Shown one piece after another: positions 1 through 8,337 of a DNA stretch of 64,000 nt. The position numbers and the translations under genes are program-made. The notes below the pieces were generated by a model, which saw only the letters and a list, made by a program, of their open reading frames with translations, was not told where the DNA came from and did not search any database. Positions within the stretch are counted from its first letter, which is position 1. Every line of letters begins with the position of its first letter. The stretch is taken from contig NZ_JBLXIK010000009.1 in NCBI RefSeq assembly GCF_048269565.1, forward strand, positions 12,487 to 76,486, in the 5' to 3' direction. Source of the stretch: Maricaulis sp. Its GTDB lineage: Bacteria > Pseudomonadota > Alphaproteobacteria > Caulobacterales > Maricaulaceae.

Positions 1-1
1 C

Positions 2-817
2 GGTGGTGGCGCTGGTGTCCTCGAGTCGGAAACCTCGCGAGCCAGCACGATCGGTTTCGTCTACACCCCTCAGCGGTTTGCGCTCAGCGTGGCGGTTGAT
101 TACTTCCAGATCGAAATCGAAAACCAGGTCGCCCAGCTGGGCGGCGGCGCCATCGTTGGTGGCTGCTACGGTGCCAACAACTATCCGAACGTGTTCTGTA
201 CGTTGTTCGACCGTAACCCTGCGACCGATCCGGTGTCCCCGTATCGCATCGGGGAAGTCCGGGACAGCTACATCAACGTCAACTCGCAGAACACGTCCGG
301 TTTCGACCTGACGCTTCGTTATACCCACGAGCTCGCCATTGGTGACCTGACGATTGAAGGTCAGGGTACCTGGACCATGGATGACGAAGTCTTCCTGTTC
401 GATCCGGCCCTCGAGTCTGGTTATGACACCAACGACTTCAATGGCAGCATTGGCGATCCTGAATTCGTCGCCAACATGCGTACGGAGCTTCGTCGTGGCG
501 ACTGGACCTATTCCTGGTTCATGAACTACATCGATGGGACGTCGAACAGCATCTACACGAGCAATACGGCTTCCTACTATGGCCAGGCCGATGCCTTCTA
601 CGACGTGAATATCGAAGGTACGCTCTATCATGACGTGTCGGTCCGCTGGCAGGGTGACACCCTGTCCATCCTGGCCGGTCTGTCCAACATGTGGGACGAA
701 GAGCCGCCAACGGTCTCGACCGGTACGGCGACTCGCCGCGGCAATACCGCGCTGTCGGCAACCCAGTACGACCTGCGTGGCCGGACCCTGTTCGTCCGTG
801 CAACCAAAACCTTCTAA
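2..817 (+). CDS. TonB-dependent outer-membrane receptor, C-terminal part (5' end lies outside the window)
   Basis: Frame 2 is open from nt 2, so the tracked ORF at 89 is only an internal start. The sequence has beta-barrel-type alternating residues and ends ...RTLFVRATKTF with the terminal aromatic typical of TBDRs. A strong terminator follows. Confidence 0.8.
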   Translation, partial: GGGAGVLESETSRASTIGFVYTPQRFALSVAVDYFQIEIENQVAQLGGGAIVGGCYGANNYPNVFCTLFDRNPATDPVSPYRIGEVRDSYINVNSQNTSGFDLTLRYTHELAIGDLTIEGQGTWTMDDEVFLFDPALESGYDTNDFNGSIGDPEFVANMRTELRRGDWTYSWFMNYIDGTSNSIYTSNTASYYGQADAFYDVNIEGTLYHDVSVRWQGDTLSILAGLSNMWDEEPPTVSTGTATRRGNTALSATQYDLRGRTLFVRATKTF

Positions 818-842
818 GGTTTTGTAATATCAGTAGTGATGA

Positions 843-874
843 GGGGCGATGGGCAACCATCGCCCCTTTTCTTT
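843..874 (+). terminator. Rho-independent terminator after the TBDR gene
   Basis: GGGGCGATGG-gcaa-CCATCGCCCC gives a perfect 10-bp stem followed by TTTTCTTT. Confidence 0.75.
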
Positions 875-1011
875 GCAACCCGTGTTTTCTGCGATCAGGC
901 TGCGGACGGGCAGGGCAAGACCCGCTAGGATATTGTTACGATTTCGCCTAGTGTGTCCGTGGAACAGTTACCGCGCCGGTTTGATTGCGCGAGAGAAGGA
1001 GAATTGCAGTC

Positions 1012-3039
1012 ATGTTGAAGCGAACAATGATCTCGCTGGCCATTGGATTGGGGATCGCGTCGGCAGCGACTGCCGAAATGCGAATTGACCCCATTCCTGC
1101 CGATTCGTTCGCCAGGATCCCCAACATCGCCTCTGTCACCATGAGTACTGAAGGCGACATGATCTCGGCGCTCATCGCCGCGCCAGGGTCGGACAACCAG
1201 GAAACTGCCATCGCGACCTGGAATCTGAACGATCTTTCCCAACCGCCCGTCGTTACGCCCAGTGGCGACCGGATGAAATTCATTGGCGTGACCGCGCTCA
1301 AGGCCGGCCAAATCCTGGCTCTGGGCCGCCAAGAGTGGACCGGCCAGCTCGGTGGTTGCGGTGAAGGTCGTACGACCGGCGCGACCGCGACATTCGTCAC
1401 CCAGGTTTATCTGACTGACCGCGAACAAACGGATTTCGAGCAGGCCTTCGCCAGCAATGGCCGCACGATCGGTGTCAGCCGTGATACGGAACGGTGTTTC
1501 GAACTTGCGGGTACGGCCTCCGTCGCGGCCTTTCTGCCGCTTGACCCGGACAATGTCATCATTCGCCGCGTCAATGTCGGGACCCTCGCAGCCAGCTTCT
1601 ATCGTTACAATCTGCGCACAGGCCAAACCCGAATGATGTACCGCGCCAATGGCCGGACAGAAATTTCGGTGATCGATCCACGCACCGGCGACATTCTGGT
1701 GCGCAACAGCCTCGAGCCAATTGAGGGCAACGACTATGAGGCCCGGACCTTTATCCGGAACGAGACGACGGGTGAGTTCGAAATCCACGATCCGCTGACC
1801 TATCAGCTGCGCGCGCGCCATACCGTTGCGGTGGTCGGTCGCGATGAGGCGACGGGCCAGTATTATGTGATCACGGACCAGTTCTCCGACCTTGCCCAGG
1901 TCTATGCGTATGATGCGGTGAGCCGGCGCTACTCGGATGGCCCGATCCTTGCGCATCCGAATTATAGCGTGACCAACTTGATCCTGGGCAGAACACCCAG
2001 CAATTTCAATGAGGTTCTCGGTTTCCGCTATAGCGGCCCTGGCGGCAATGACGTTTACTGGATTGACCCGGTGATGTCGGCGACCCAGACGACGCTGGAG
2101 GACCTCTTCCCGACAGCCGGCGTATCCATTCTTGATTACACTGATGGAATGGACACGGTGCTGTTCGCGGTCGGAAGTGGCGCGATGCCGACGGTCTATT
2201 ATGTCTACCGCGATGGCCACATTACGCTGCTTGGCAATTCACGTCCGTGGATTGACCCGGAGGACCTGGCTGACTCGACTCTGATCCACTACACGGCTCG
2301 CGATGGTCGTGAGATTCCCGGTATTCTCAGCCTGCCGGCAGGGTGGGAGCCGTCCGACGGTCCATTGCCAACCATTATCCACCCGCATGGCGGACCATGG
2401 GCTCGCGATGGCGTTGGCTGGGACGGTAGCGGCTGGGTGCCCTTCCTGACTTCACGCGGCTATGCCGTGTTGCGTCCGCAATATCGCGGTTCCGAGGGTT
2501 GGGGCCTTGATCACTGGCGCGCCGGCGATGCCCAATGGGGCCTGTCCATGCAGGACGACAAGGATGACGGCGCGGCCTGGATGGTCTCCCAGGGCTTTGC
2601 CGACCCGGACCGGATCGCCATCTTTGGCTATTCCTATGGCGGGTTTGCAGCCATAGCAGCCGTGGTCCGTGACAACAGCCCCTACCAGTGCGCCATTGCC
2701 GGCGCCGGGGTCAGCAATCTGGCCCGTATCGGCACTAACTGGAGCGAAAACCGCGTTCAGCGCGCGGTCCAAGGCTGGACCGTTACCGGCATGGATCCGA
2801 TGCAGAACACCGAACGCGCAAACATCCCGATCATGCTGTTCCACGGCAATCGTGATGTCCGCGTCCCCCTGTTCCACTCGGTCGACTTCTACAATGCGGT
2901 CCGTGGCCGGGTACACGCCGAGCTGTTGGTCGTGGAAGACATGCCCCACAGCATGCCATGGTATCCACGGCACCAGATGGAGACGCTTCCGGCAATCGAG
3001 CGTTTCCTCACCGAGGATTGTGGGCCCGGCGGACTCTAG
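1012..3039 (+). CDS. S9 family serine peptidase (prolyl oligopeptidase / dipeptidyl aminopeptidase-like), secreted
   Basis: ATG at 1012 is preceded by GAGAAGGAG. N-terminal signal peptide MLKRTMISLAIGLGIASAATA. The C-terminal alpha/beta-hydrolase part carries the nucleophile elbow GYSYGG, a later D and HSMP. A long beta-propeller-like N-terminal half precedes it. Confidence 0.8.
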   Translation: MLKRTMISLAIGLGIASAATAEMRIDPIPADSFARIPNIASVTMSTEGDMISALIAAPGSDNQETAIATWNLNDLSQPPVVTPSGDRMKFIGVTALKAGQILALGRQEWTGQLGGCGEGRTTGATATFVTQVYLTDREQTDFEQAFASNGRTIGVSRDTERCFELAGTASVAAFLPLDPDNVIIRRVNVGTLAASFYRYNLRTGQTRMMYRANGRTEISVIDPRTGDILVRNSLEPIEGNDYEARTFIRNETTGEFEIHDPLTYQLRARHTVAVVGRDEATGQYYVITDQFSDLAQVYAYDAVSRRYSDGPILAHPNYSVTNLILGRTPSNFNEVLGFRYSGPGGNDVYWIDPVMSATQTTLEDLFPTAGVSILDYTDGMDTVLFAVGSGAMPTVYYVYRDGHITLLGNSRPWIDPEDLADSTLIHYTARDGREIPGILSLPAGWEPSDGPLPTIIHPHGGPWARDGVGWDGSGWVPFLTSRGYAVLRPQYRGSEGWGLDHWRAGDAQWGLSMQDDKDDGAAWMVSQGFADPDRIAIFGYSYGGFAAIAAVVRDNSPYQCAIAGAGVSNLARIGTNWSENRVQRAVQGWTVTGMDPMQNTERANIPIMLFHGNRDVRVPLFHSVDFYNAVRGRVHAELLVVEDMPHSMPWYPRHQMETLPAIERFLTEDCGPGGL

Positions 3040-3065
3040 TCTAACGGCGACAGACCTGAAGAAGA

Positions 3066-3094
3066 GCCTCCCGGGAAACCGGGGGGCTTTTTTT
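3066..3094 (+). terminator. Rho-independent terminator after the S9 peptidase gene
   Basis: GCCTCCCGG-gaaa-CCGGGGGGC gives a 9-bp stem with one G-U pair, followed by TTTTTTT. Confidence 0.75.
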
Positions 3095-3122
3095 ATCGCG
3101 ATGCCCGTTTTGCAGGGCGCAC

Positions 3123-3150
3123 AAAAAAACACCGCCTCAAGGGCGGTGTC
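3123..3150 (-). terminator. Rho-independent terminator for cpdR (minus strand)
   Basis: ACACCGCC-tcaa(g)-GGCGGTGT stem. On the minus strand it is followed by a T7 run, which is the plus-strand A-run at 3123-3129. Confidence 0.65.
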
Positions 3151-3180
3151 TTCTGTCTTCAATTCGGGCCGTGGCCAGAA

Positions 3181-3546
3181 TCAGGCGGCCATTACCCGGG
3201 CGACCTCGTCGACAAGCTCGCGCAGGTGGAAGGGTTTCGACAGCACTTTCGCATTGGTCGGCGCGCCCGAGCCCGGATTGAGCGCGACGGCGGCAAAGCC
3301 GGTGATGAACATGATCTTCAACGCCGGATCGACTTCCGCCGCGCGGCGCGCCAGCTCGATCCCGTCGACGCCGGGCATCACGATATCCGTCAGCAACAGG
3401 TCGAACTGGGCTGCCGTCTCGCCGATGGCGTCGAGGCCTTCCTCACCGTCGGAACAGACTGTGACGTCATGGCCGGCGCGCTTCAGCGCCTTGGCCAGAA
3501 AGTCCCGCATTGAATCATCATCTTCAGCCAGGAGTATTTTGCTCAT
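3181..3546 (-). CDS. cpdR: Single-domain response regulator, CpdR-like (ClpXP adaptor/localisation regulator of alphaproteobacteria)
   Basis: 121 aa consisting of a receiver domain only. MSKILLAEDDDSMRDFLAKAL...DLLLTDIVMPGVDGIELAR...SKPF closely matches my recollection of Caulobacter/Brucella CpdR. The acidic pocket DDD and the phospho-acceptor D in LLLTD are present. Confidence 0.75.
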   Translation of the reverse strand: MSKILLAEDDDSMRDFLAKALKRAGHDVTVCSDGEEGLDAIGETAAQFDLLLTDIVMPGVDGIELARRAAEVDPALKIMFITGFAAVALNPGSGAPTNAKVLSKPFHLRELVDEVARVMAA

Positions 3547-3662
3547 GATTGGGTCCCACCCTCAGGAAAACCGATATTGACGCCAACATACACCGCTAAG
3601 GTAAAAGCCCGCTGAACGCGCTGCCGCTTGACCCGCGAACTGCACCCGCCCACTCTCACCCG

Positions 3663-4559
3663 ATGACAGTGACCCCCACGATCCTGCCGACAACACCCGC
3701 AAGGGCAGATGCTGCCAGTGTCCCCGGCGTGGTTCGGGTGGTGCGGCCTGATGACGCCGCCCCGCGGCCGCTCATCCTCGCCTCGCCTCACTCAGGACGC
3801 GATTATCGACCCGAATTATGCGCCGCGACCCGTGTCCCTGTCGAGCAACTTCGGCGTTCCGAAGATGCCTATGTCGACCAGCTGATCGAAGGCGCGGCGG
3901 GCAGCGGAGCCAGTCTGGTCTGTGCGTTATTTCCCCGCGTCTTCATCGATGCGAACCGGGCGCGCGGCGAGCTGGACCCCGCTATGTTTCGTGATCGCGC
4001 CGGACTGCAGGTCGATCCAGCCTCGCGCCGCGTCGCCTGCGGGCTGGGCGTGATCCCGCGTGTCGGGGCAGACGGGCAGGCGCTCTATCGCGGACGCTTG
4101 CAGTCGCAGGAGGCCAGCAGCCGCCTCTCGACCTATTATGCGCCCTACCATGCGGCCCTGGCGCAGCTGATCGCTGAGACCCGGGAGGTGTTCGGGTTTG
4201 CCGTGGTGATGGATATGCACTCCATGCCTGAACACAGTGCGCCCGGTGTCGATTTTGTCCTCGGGGACCGTTTCGGTCAGTCCTGCGATCCGCGCGTCAC
4301 GATGGCAATCGAGGCGGGTTTGCGCGGGCAGGGATACGTTGCAGTTCGAAACACTCCCTATGCCGGCGGCTACACCACCGAGCATTACGGCAAGCCCGCA
4401 ACAGGCGTGCACGTGATCCAGATCGAGATCAATCGCGGGCTCTACCTGCACGAGCCCCGTGTCACACCGACCGCCGGGTTTGAAATGTTTCGTGAAAAAA
4501 TACAACGCTTTATCTACGAAACCGCCCATCATGACTGGGCCTGCCTGTCACCGTCATAA
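3663..4559 (+). CDS. N-formylglutamate amidohydrolase (FGase) family hydrolase
   Basis: 298 aa. The motifs ASPHSGRDYP...IDANR...MDMHSM are typical of the FGase/HutG-like family. I recall this pairing with cpdR from other alphaproteobacteria. Confidence 0.7.
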   Translation: MTVTPTILPTTPARADAASVPGVVRVVRPDDAAPRPLILASPHSGRDYRPELCAATRVPVEQLRRSEDAYVDQLIEGAAGSGASLVCALFPRVFIDANRARGELDPAMFRDRAGLQVDPASRRVACGLGVIPRVGADGQALYRGRLQSQEASSRLSTYYAPYHAALAQLIAETREVFGFAVVMDMHSMPEHSAPGVDFVLGDRFGQSCDPRVTMAIEAGLRGQGYVAVRNTPYAGGYTTEHYGKPATGVHVIQIEINRGLYLHEPRVTPTAGFEMFREKIQRFIYETAHHDWACLSPS

Positions 4560-4680
4560 TCATGCCCACATAAGGCGAGCATCATGGTCTCGCTTCGCGC
4601 GGCACGCGCTTTGCTCTCCTCTCAGGTGAGCGTCCCACAGCGGCGCACATCAACAGGCGAAGAATGGGCGGCACACGATT

Positions 4681-5067
4681 ATGACAAGCGATATCGACCT
4701 TCACGTTGGAAAGCGTCTGCGGCGGCGGCGCCGGCTCCTGGGGCTCACCCAGCAACAGCTGGCCGAATCGGTCGGCATCCGGTTTCAACAGATCCAAAAG
4801 TACGAATGCGGCGCCAACCGCGTGAGTGCCAGCCGGCTCTTCGAACTCGCAGAGTCGCTCGACGTTCCGGTGCAGTATTTCTATGAGGGCCTGTCGCATC
4901 GCGACGAGATTGCCGGCGAGGGCCACCTTGCCGCCGATGTGCTCTCGCAAAAGGAAACAGTGGATCTGATCCGCGCCTATTACCGGCTCGGCGAACGCCC
5001 GCGCAAACGACTGCTCGAACTGGCGAAGTCGCTCGAGCCCGAAGAAGCGGCGAACGACGCCGCCTGA
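4681..5067 (+). CDS. XRE (Cro/C1-type) helix-turn-helix transcriptional regulator
   Basis: VGKRLRRRRRLLGLTQQQLAESVGIRFQQIQKYECGANRVSASRLFELAESL is a canonical HTH_3 domain, followed by a roughly 55-aa C-terminal tail. Confidence 0.8.
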   Translation: MTSDIDLHVGKRLRRRRRLLGLTQQQLAESVGIRFQQIQKYECGANRVSASRLFELAESLDVPVQYFYEGLSHRDEIAGEGHLAADVLSQKETVDLIRAYYRLGERPRKRLLELAKSLEPEEAANDAA

Positions 5068-5127
5068 GGCGGGGCTGCAGCCGCATCCTGTCTGGTGCGG
5101 CTGGCGGCGCCATGCTAGGCGCATGGC

Positions 5128-5928
5128 ATGTCTGAAGAAGATACCCACCAGACCGATCTGATTATCGCCGCCCGCATGGCTGATGCCGCGCGGGCTGCGA
5201 TTGCGCCCCATTTCCGGCAGCCCCTGGCCGTTGAAAACAAGCTGCAGGCCGGCTTCGATCCGGTGACGATCGCCGATCGCGCCTCTGAAACTGCGATGCG
5301 CGCTGTGCTGGCTGAAATGGCGCCGGAGGATGGCATTCTCGGCGAGGAATTCGCCGCGAAACCGGGTCTGAATGGCCGCCAATGGGTGCTTGATCCCATT
5401 GATGGAACCCGTGCCTTCATCGCCGGCCTGCCGAGCTGGACGGTGTTGATTGCCCTGTCCGATCACGGCTGCCCACGCATTGGCCTGATCGACCAGCCGC
5501 TGACCGAAGAGCGCTTCACCGGCTGGCCGGGCGGTGCGCGCTGGCAGCGCGGAAGCGAGACGCGAAACCTCAACACCAGCCAGACCACGGCGTTGCCGGA
5601 TGCGATCCTGTCGACGACTGACCCATTCCTGTTCCAGGGAGGCGAGGCCAGTGTGTTTGAGCGGCTGCGCGCGACGGTGCAGTTATGCCGCTACGGCTAT
5701 GACGCCTATGCCTATGCCATGCTGGCCATGGGCGGCGTCGATCTCGTGGTCGAGAGCGGGCTGCAGACCTATGATGTGCAGGCGATCATGCCCGTGGTCC
5801 AGGGCGCTGGCGGGGTGATGACCAACTGGTCCGGCGGTGATTGCAGTGGCGGCGGCCAGGTCATCGCCGCGGCCAATCACGCCCTACACGCTGAAGCCCT
5901 CGCTCTGCTCAAACCGGCGGCGCTCTAG
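5128..5928 (+). CDS. Inositol-monophosphatase-fold phosphatase, histidinol-phosphatase (HisN)-like
   Basis: 266 aa with the IMPase motifs GEE...WVLDPIDGTRAFI and a later WD-type motif. Size and N-terminus resemble alphaproteobacterial HisN. Substrate cannot be proven from sequence. Confidence 0.65.
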   Translation: MSEEDTHQTDLIIAARMADAARAAIAPHFRQPLAVENKLQAGFDPVTIADRASETAMRAVLAEMAPEDGILGEEFAAKPGLNGRQWVLDPIDGTRAFIAGLPSWTVLIALSDHGCPRIGLIDQPLTEERFTGWPGGARWQRGSETRNLNTSQTTALPDAILSTTDPFLFQGGEASVFERLRATVQLCRYGYDAYAYAMLAMGGVDLVVESGLQTYDVQAIMPVVQGAGGVMTNWSGGDCSGGGQVIAAANHALHAEALALLKPAAL

Positions 5929-6596
5929 CTGTCGATCAGGATGAAGGCCGGTGCGCGGCCGAGCACGACCTCGCTGACATTGCGCATATCGCGGTCATTC
6001 GGCCGGTAGATCACGCGGTCTTCCTGCACCGTGAGAGCCGTGCGTTCCTGGCCATCCTGAATCGCCCAGGCCTCTGGTGCCGGGCCATCGAAGACAAAGA
6101 TCACCGTCTTGAAGGACGGCGCGAACAGTGCCGCGACGCCGCCGACGCGGCGCATGGCCTGATTGGCCTGGTCGAGTGCCGCGACGGCGTCGTGCGGATC
6201 GACCCGCATCACATCATCAAAACGCGCCTCGAAGGCCATCCGGGCCGCCATGCTGCCGGCCGGCTGGTTGATGGCTGCGACCGGTTCCGCCTCGATCAGG
6301 GCCGCGTCGGGCGGATTGAGGACGCGTCCATGCGGATCCAGCTCCAGCGTGCCGCTGATGTCTCCCGCCGTATAGCGGATCCGGATTTCCTCGGCTGGCA
6401 CGCCCTGGCTGGAGCTGATATGGTAGGCGAGAGTGAAACGGCTGCGATCCTCGGCCGGCAGGTCCAGATAGGCCTGCCAATGTGGGAATAGCCGCATCAA
6501 CGGGCCGATCTCGCGCAGTTCGCCCTGGCTCGCTGCGCCGCTGGCCAGAAGGCCCGCGGACAGGATGGCCGCGAGAAGGGATCGCATCATTGTCAT
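5925..6596 (-). CDS. Secreted hypothetical protein
   Basis: 223 aa with signal peptide MTMMRSLLAAILSAGLLASGAAS. Its ATG overlaps the stop of the upstream methyltransferase gene by 4 nt (ATGA-type coupling). I recognised no motif. Confidence 0.55.
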   Translation of the reverse strand: MTMMRSLLAAILSAGLLASGAASQGELREIGPLMRLFPHWQAYLDLPAEDRSRFTLAYHISSSQGVPAEEIRIRYTAGDISGTLELDPHGRVLNPPDAALIEAEPVAAINQPAGSMAARMAFEARFDDVMRVDPHDAVAALDQANQAMRRVGGVAALFAPSFKTVIFVFDGPAPEAWAIQDGQERTALTVQEDRVIYRPNDRDMRNVSEVVLGRAPAFILIDS

Positions 6597-7555
6597 TCTT
6601 CGCCTGGCGCGGCTGCTGCCGCGGCGTCATCGGCGACAGGCTTTCTGAACAACAGGGTCATGCGGTCGCTCTCGCCAATCGCATCATAACCGGCGCGGTC
6701 GAAATCGGCCGCCACTTCCTCGCCGCCTGATGCGGAACGGCGCACCGGTGGCAGGGTCCAGACGCCGAAGGGGTGGTCGGCGGTGTCGGCGGGATTGGCA
6801 TTGATCTCGGAGGTGCCGACCAGCTCGAACCCGGCTTCCTCGGCCATGGCGATGACATAGGCCTGTTGCACATAGCCGGTGCGGGCCTGTGGGTCCTGTT
6901 CACGGGTGGAGGGCAGGCGGTGGTCGACGACACCGAGGAGGCCGCCGGGGCGCAGCGCGGCGTAGAAATCGTCAAAGGCCCGCTCCGCATAGCCGAACAT
7001 CATCCAGTTGTGGACATTGCGGAAGGTGAGCACGGCATCGGCGGAACCCGGCTCGACGAGCGCCTGGCTGTTCTGCCCGAAATCAACAATGCGAACATTG
7101 CCGAAAATGGCGCGATCACTGACATGGTCCTCGAATGACGCGCGGGAACTGCGCCGCGAGGCGCTCTCGGCGCTCAGCGGAAAGTGTGCGGCAACATACT
7201 GGCCGTCATTGGCGGCGATCCAGGGTGCCAGAATGTCGGTATACCAGCCGCTGCCGGGCCAGATCTCGATAATGGTTCCACTCGGGTCAATGCCGAAGAA
7301 TTCGAGGGTTTCTGCAGGATGCCGGTCGGCATCGCGCGCAGCATCTGCCTCACGCCAGTCACCGGCGAGGACATCGGAGAGTTCCGTGAGCCGGGGCGCC
7401 TCGGGCTGGACCACTTCGGCCGCTGCCGCTTCGGTGCCGTCAGGGGCATCAGCGCCGGTGAGCGCCGTGTCTGCCGGCGGGGCAGCCGGTTCGCTACAGG
7501 CAGTGGCGAGCATGAGCGAGGCCATGGTGGCCCCCAACAGGATATTCTGATTCAT
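6593..7555 (-). CDS. Lipoprotein-type class I SAM-dependent methyltransferase-fold protein
   Basis: N-terminus MNQNILLGATMASLMLATAC has a lipobox (LATAC), followed by a low-complexity A/P/E linker. Then a Rossmann-MTase-like core: IIEIWPGSGWYTDILAP ... GGLLGVVDH. Confidence 0.65.
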   Translation of the reverse strand: MNQNILLGATMASLMLATACSEPAAPPADTALTGADAPDGTEAAAAEVVQPEAPRLTELSDVLAGDWREADAARDADRHPAETLEFFGIDPSGTIIEIWPGSGWYTDILAPWIAANDGQYVAAHFPLSAESASRRSSRASFEDHVSDRAIFGNVRIVDFGQNSQALVEPGSADAVLTFRNVHNWMMFGYAERAFDDFYAALRPGGLLGVVDHRLPSTREQDPQARTGYVQQAYVIAMAEEAGFELVGTSEINANPADTADHPFGVWTLPPVRRSASGGEEVAADFDRAGYDAIGESDRMTLLFRKPVADDAAAAAAPGEE

Positions 7556-7632
7556 CGGTTCTCTCCGGCAACGGGAGGGATAGTCCTAGAGAAGGCCCGG
7601 CGGCAAGGCAATCACCCTCGCGCCCGGCGGGG

Positions 7633-7661
7633 CTTGCGGCGGCGATAATCAGTTCCCATCT
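7633..7661 (+). promoter_or_regulatory. Candidate RpoH (sigma-32)-type heat-shock promoter for ibpA
   Basis: CTTG (7633-7636), 18 nt, then CCCATCT (7655-7661), resembling CTTG-N17/18-CCCATNT. It would give a 5' UTR of roughly 115-120 nt before the ibpA ATG. Confidence 0.35.
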
Positions 7662-7787
7662 GAAAAATACGAGCCGCCTTCAAGGGGTTCGTGATCCGGT
7701 CGCGGCCAGATGGCGCGACCCGGATTGGCTCAGCTCTGGCAAGTGGTTTGCCAGCAGGCCTTGTCGCTCAAAAGAGGATAAGTTGAG

Positions 7788-8264
7788 ATGAGAACAGTTG
7801 ATTTTACCCCGCTCTACCGCTCCATCGTCGGTTTTGACCGGCTGGCGGACATGATGGATTCCGCGACCAAGATCGAGTCGCAGGGCTATCCACCTTTCAA
7901 CATCCAGCATGTCGATGAGAACGAGTATCTTATCGAACTCGCTGTCGCCGGCTTCGGTGAATCGGATTTGACCGTCGAGGTCCAGGAAAATGTCCTGACC
8001 ATCGCCGGCAAGATCACCGAGAAGGATGAGGCTGAAACGCGACGCTTCCTGCATCGCGGCATCGCCGAGCGCGCCTTCGAGCGCCGCTTCCATCTGGCCG
8101 ACCACGTCAAGGTGGCCGACGCCGAATTGCTCAATGGATTGCTGACGGTGCACCTGGTGCGCGAGATCCCTGAAGCGGCCAAGCCGCGAAAGATCACGAT
8201 CAAGGATGTCTCCGGCAAGCCGAAGGCGCGCCTGATCGAATCAAGCAAGACCAAGGCGGCCTGA
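7788..8264 (+). CDS. ibpA: Small heat-shock protein, Hsp20/IbpA family
   Basis: 158 aa. The N-terminus MRTVDFTPLYRSIVGFDRLADMMD...YPPFNI...YLIELAVAGF...LTIAG is the IbpA/alpha-crystallin signature. RBS AGAGGA lies upstream. Confidence 0.85.
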   Translation: MRTVDFTPLYRSIVGFDRLADMMDSATKIESQGYPPFNIQHVDENEYLIELAVAGFGESDLTVEVQENVLTIAGKITEKDEAETRRFLHRGIAERAFERRFHLADHVKVADAELLNGLLTVHLVREIPEAAKPRKITIKDVSGKPKARLIESSKTKAA

Positions 8265-8301
8265 TCGCCGTCGCACACGATAGCCATTACCCCTCCGAAT
8301 T

Positions 8302-8333
8302 GGGCGGCGAACCCGGGTTCGCCGCCCTTTTTT
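8302..8333 (+). terminator. Rho-independent terminator after ibpA
   Basis: GGGCGGCGAAC-ccgg-GTTCGCCGCCC gives a perfect 11-bp stem followed by TTTTTT. Confidence 0.8.
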
Positions 8334-8337
8334 CGGA

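Noticed and set aside
925-2220. A 431-aa minus-strand ORF, plus 948-1400 (-), antisense to the S9 peptidase gene
   Set aside because: It is a typical high-GC shadow ORF. The composition is Arg/Gly/Ala-rich and motif-free, and it lies entirely inside a well-supported plus-strand gene.
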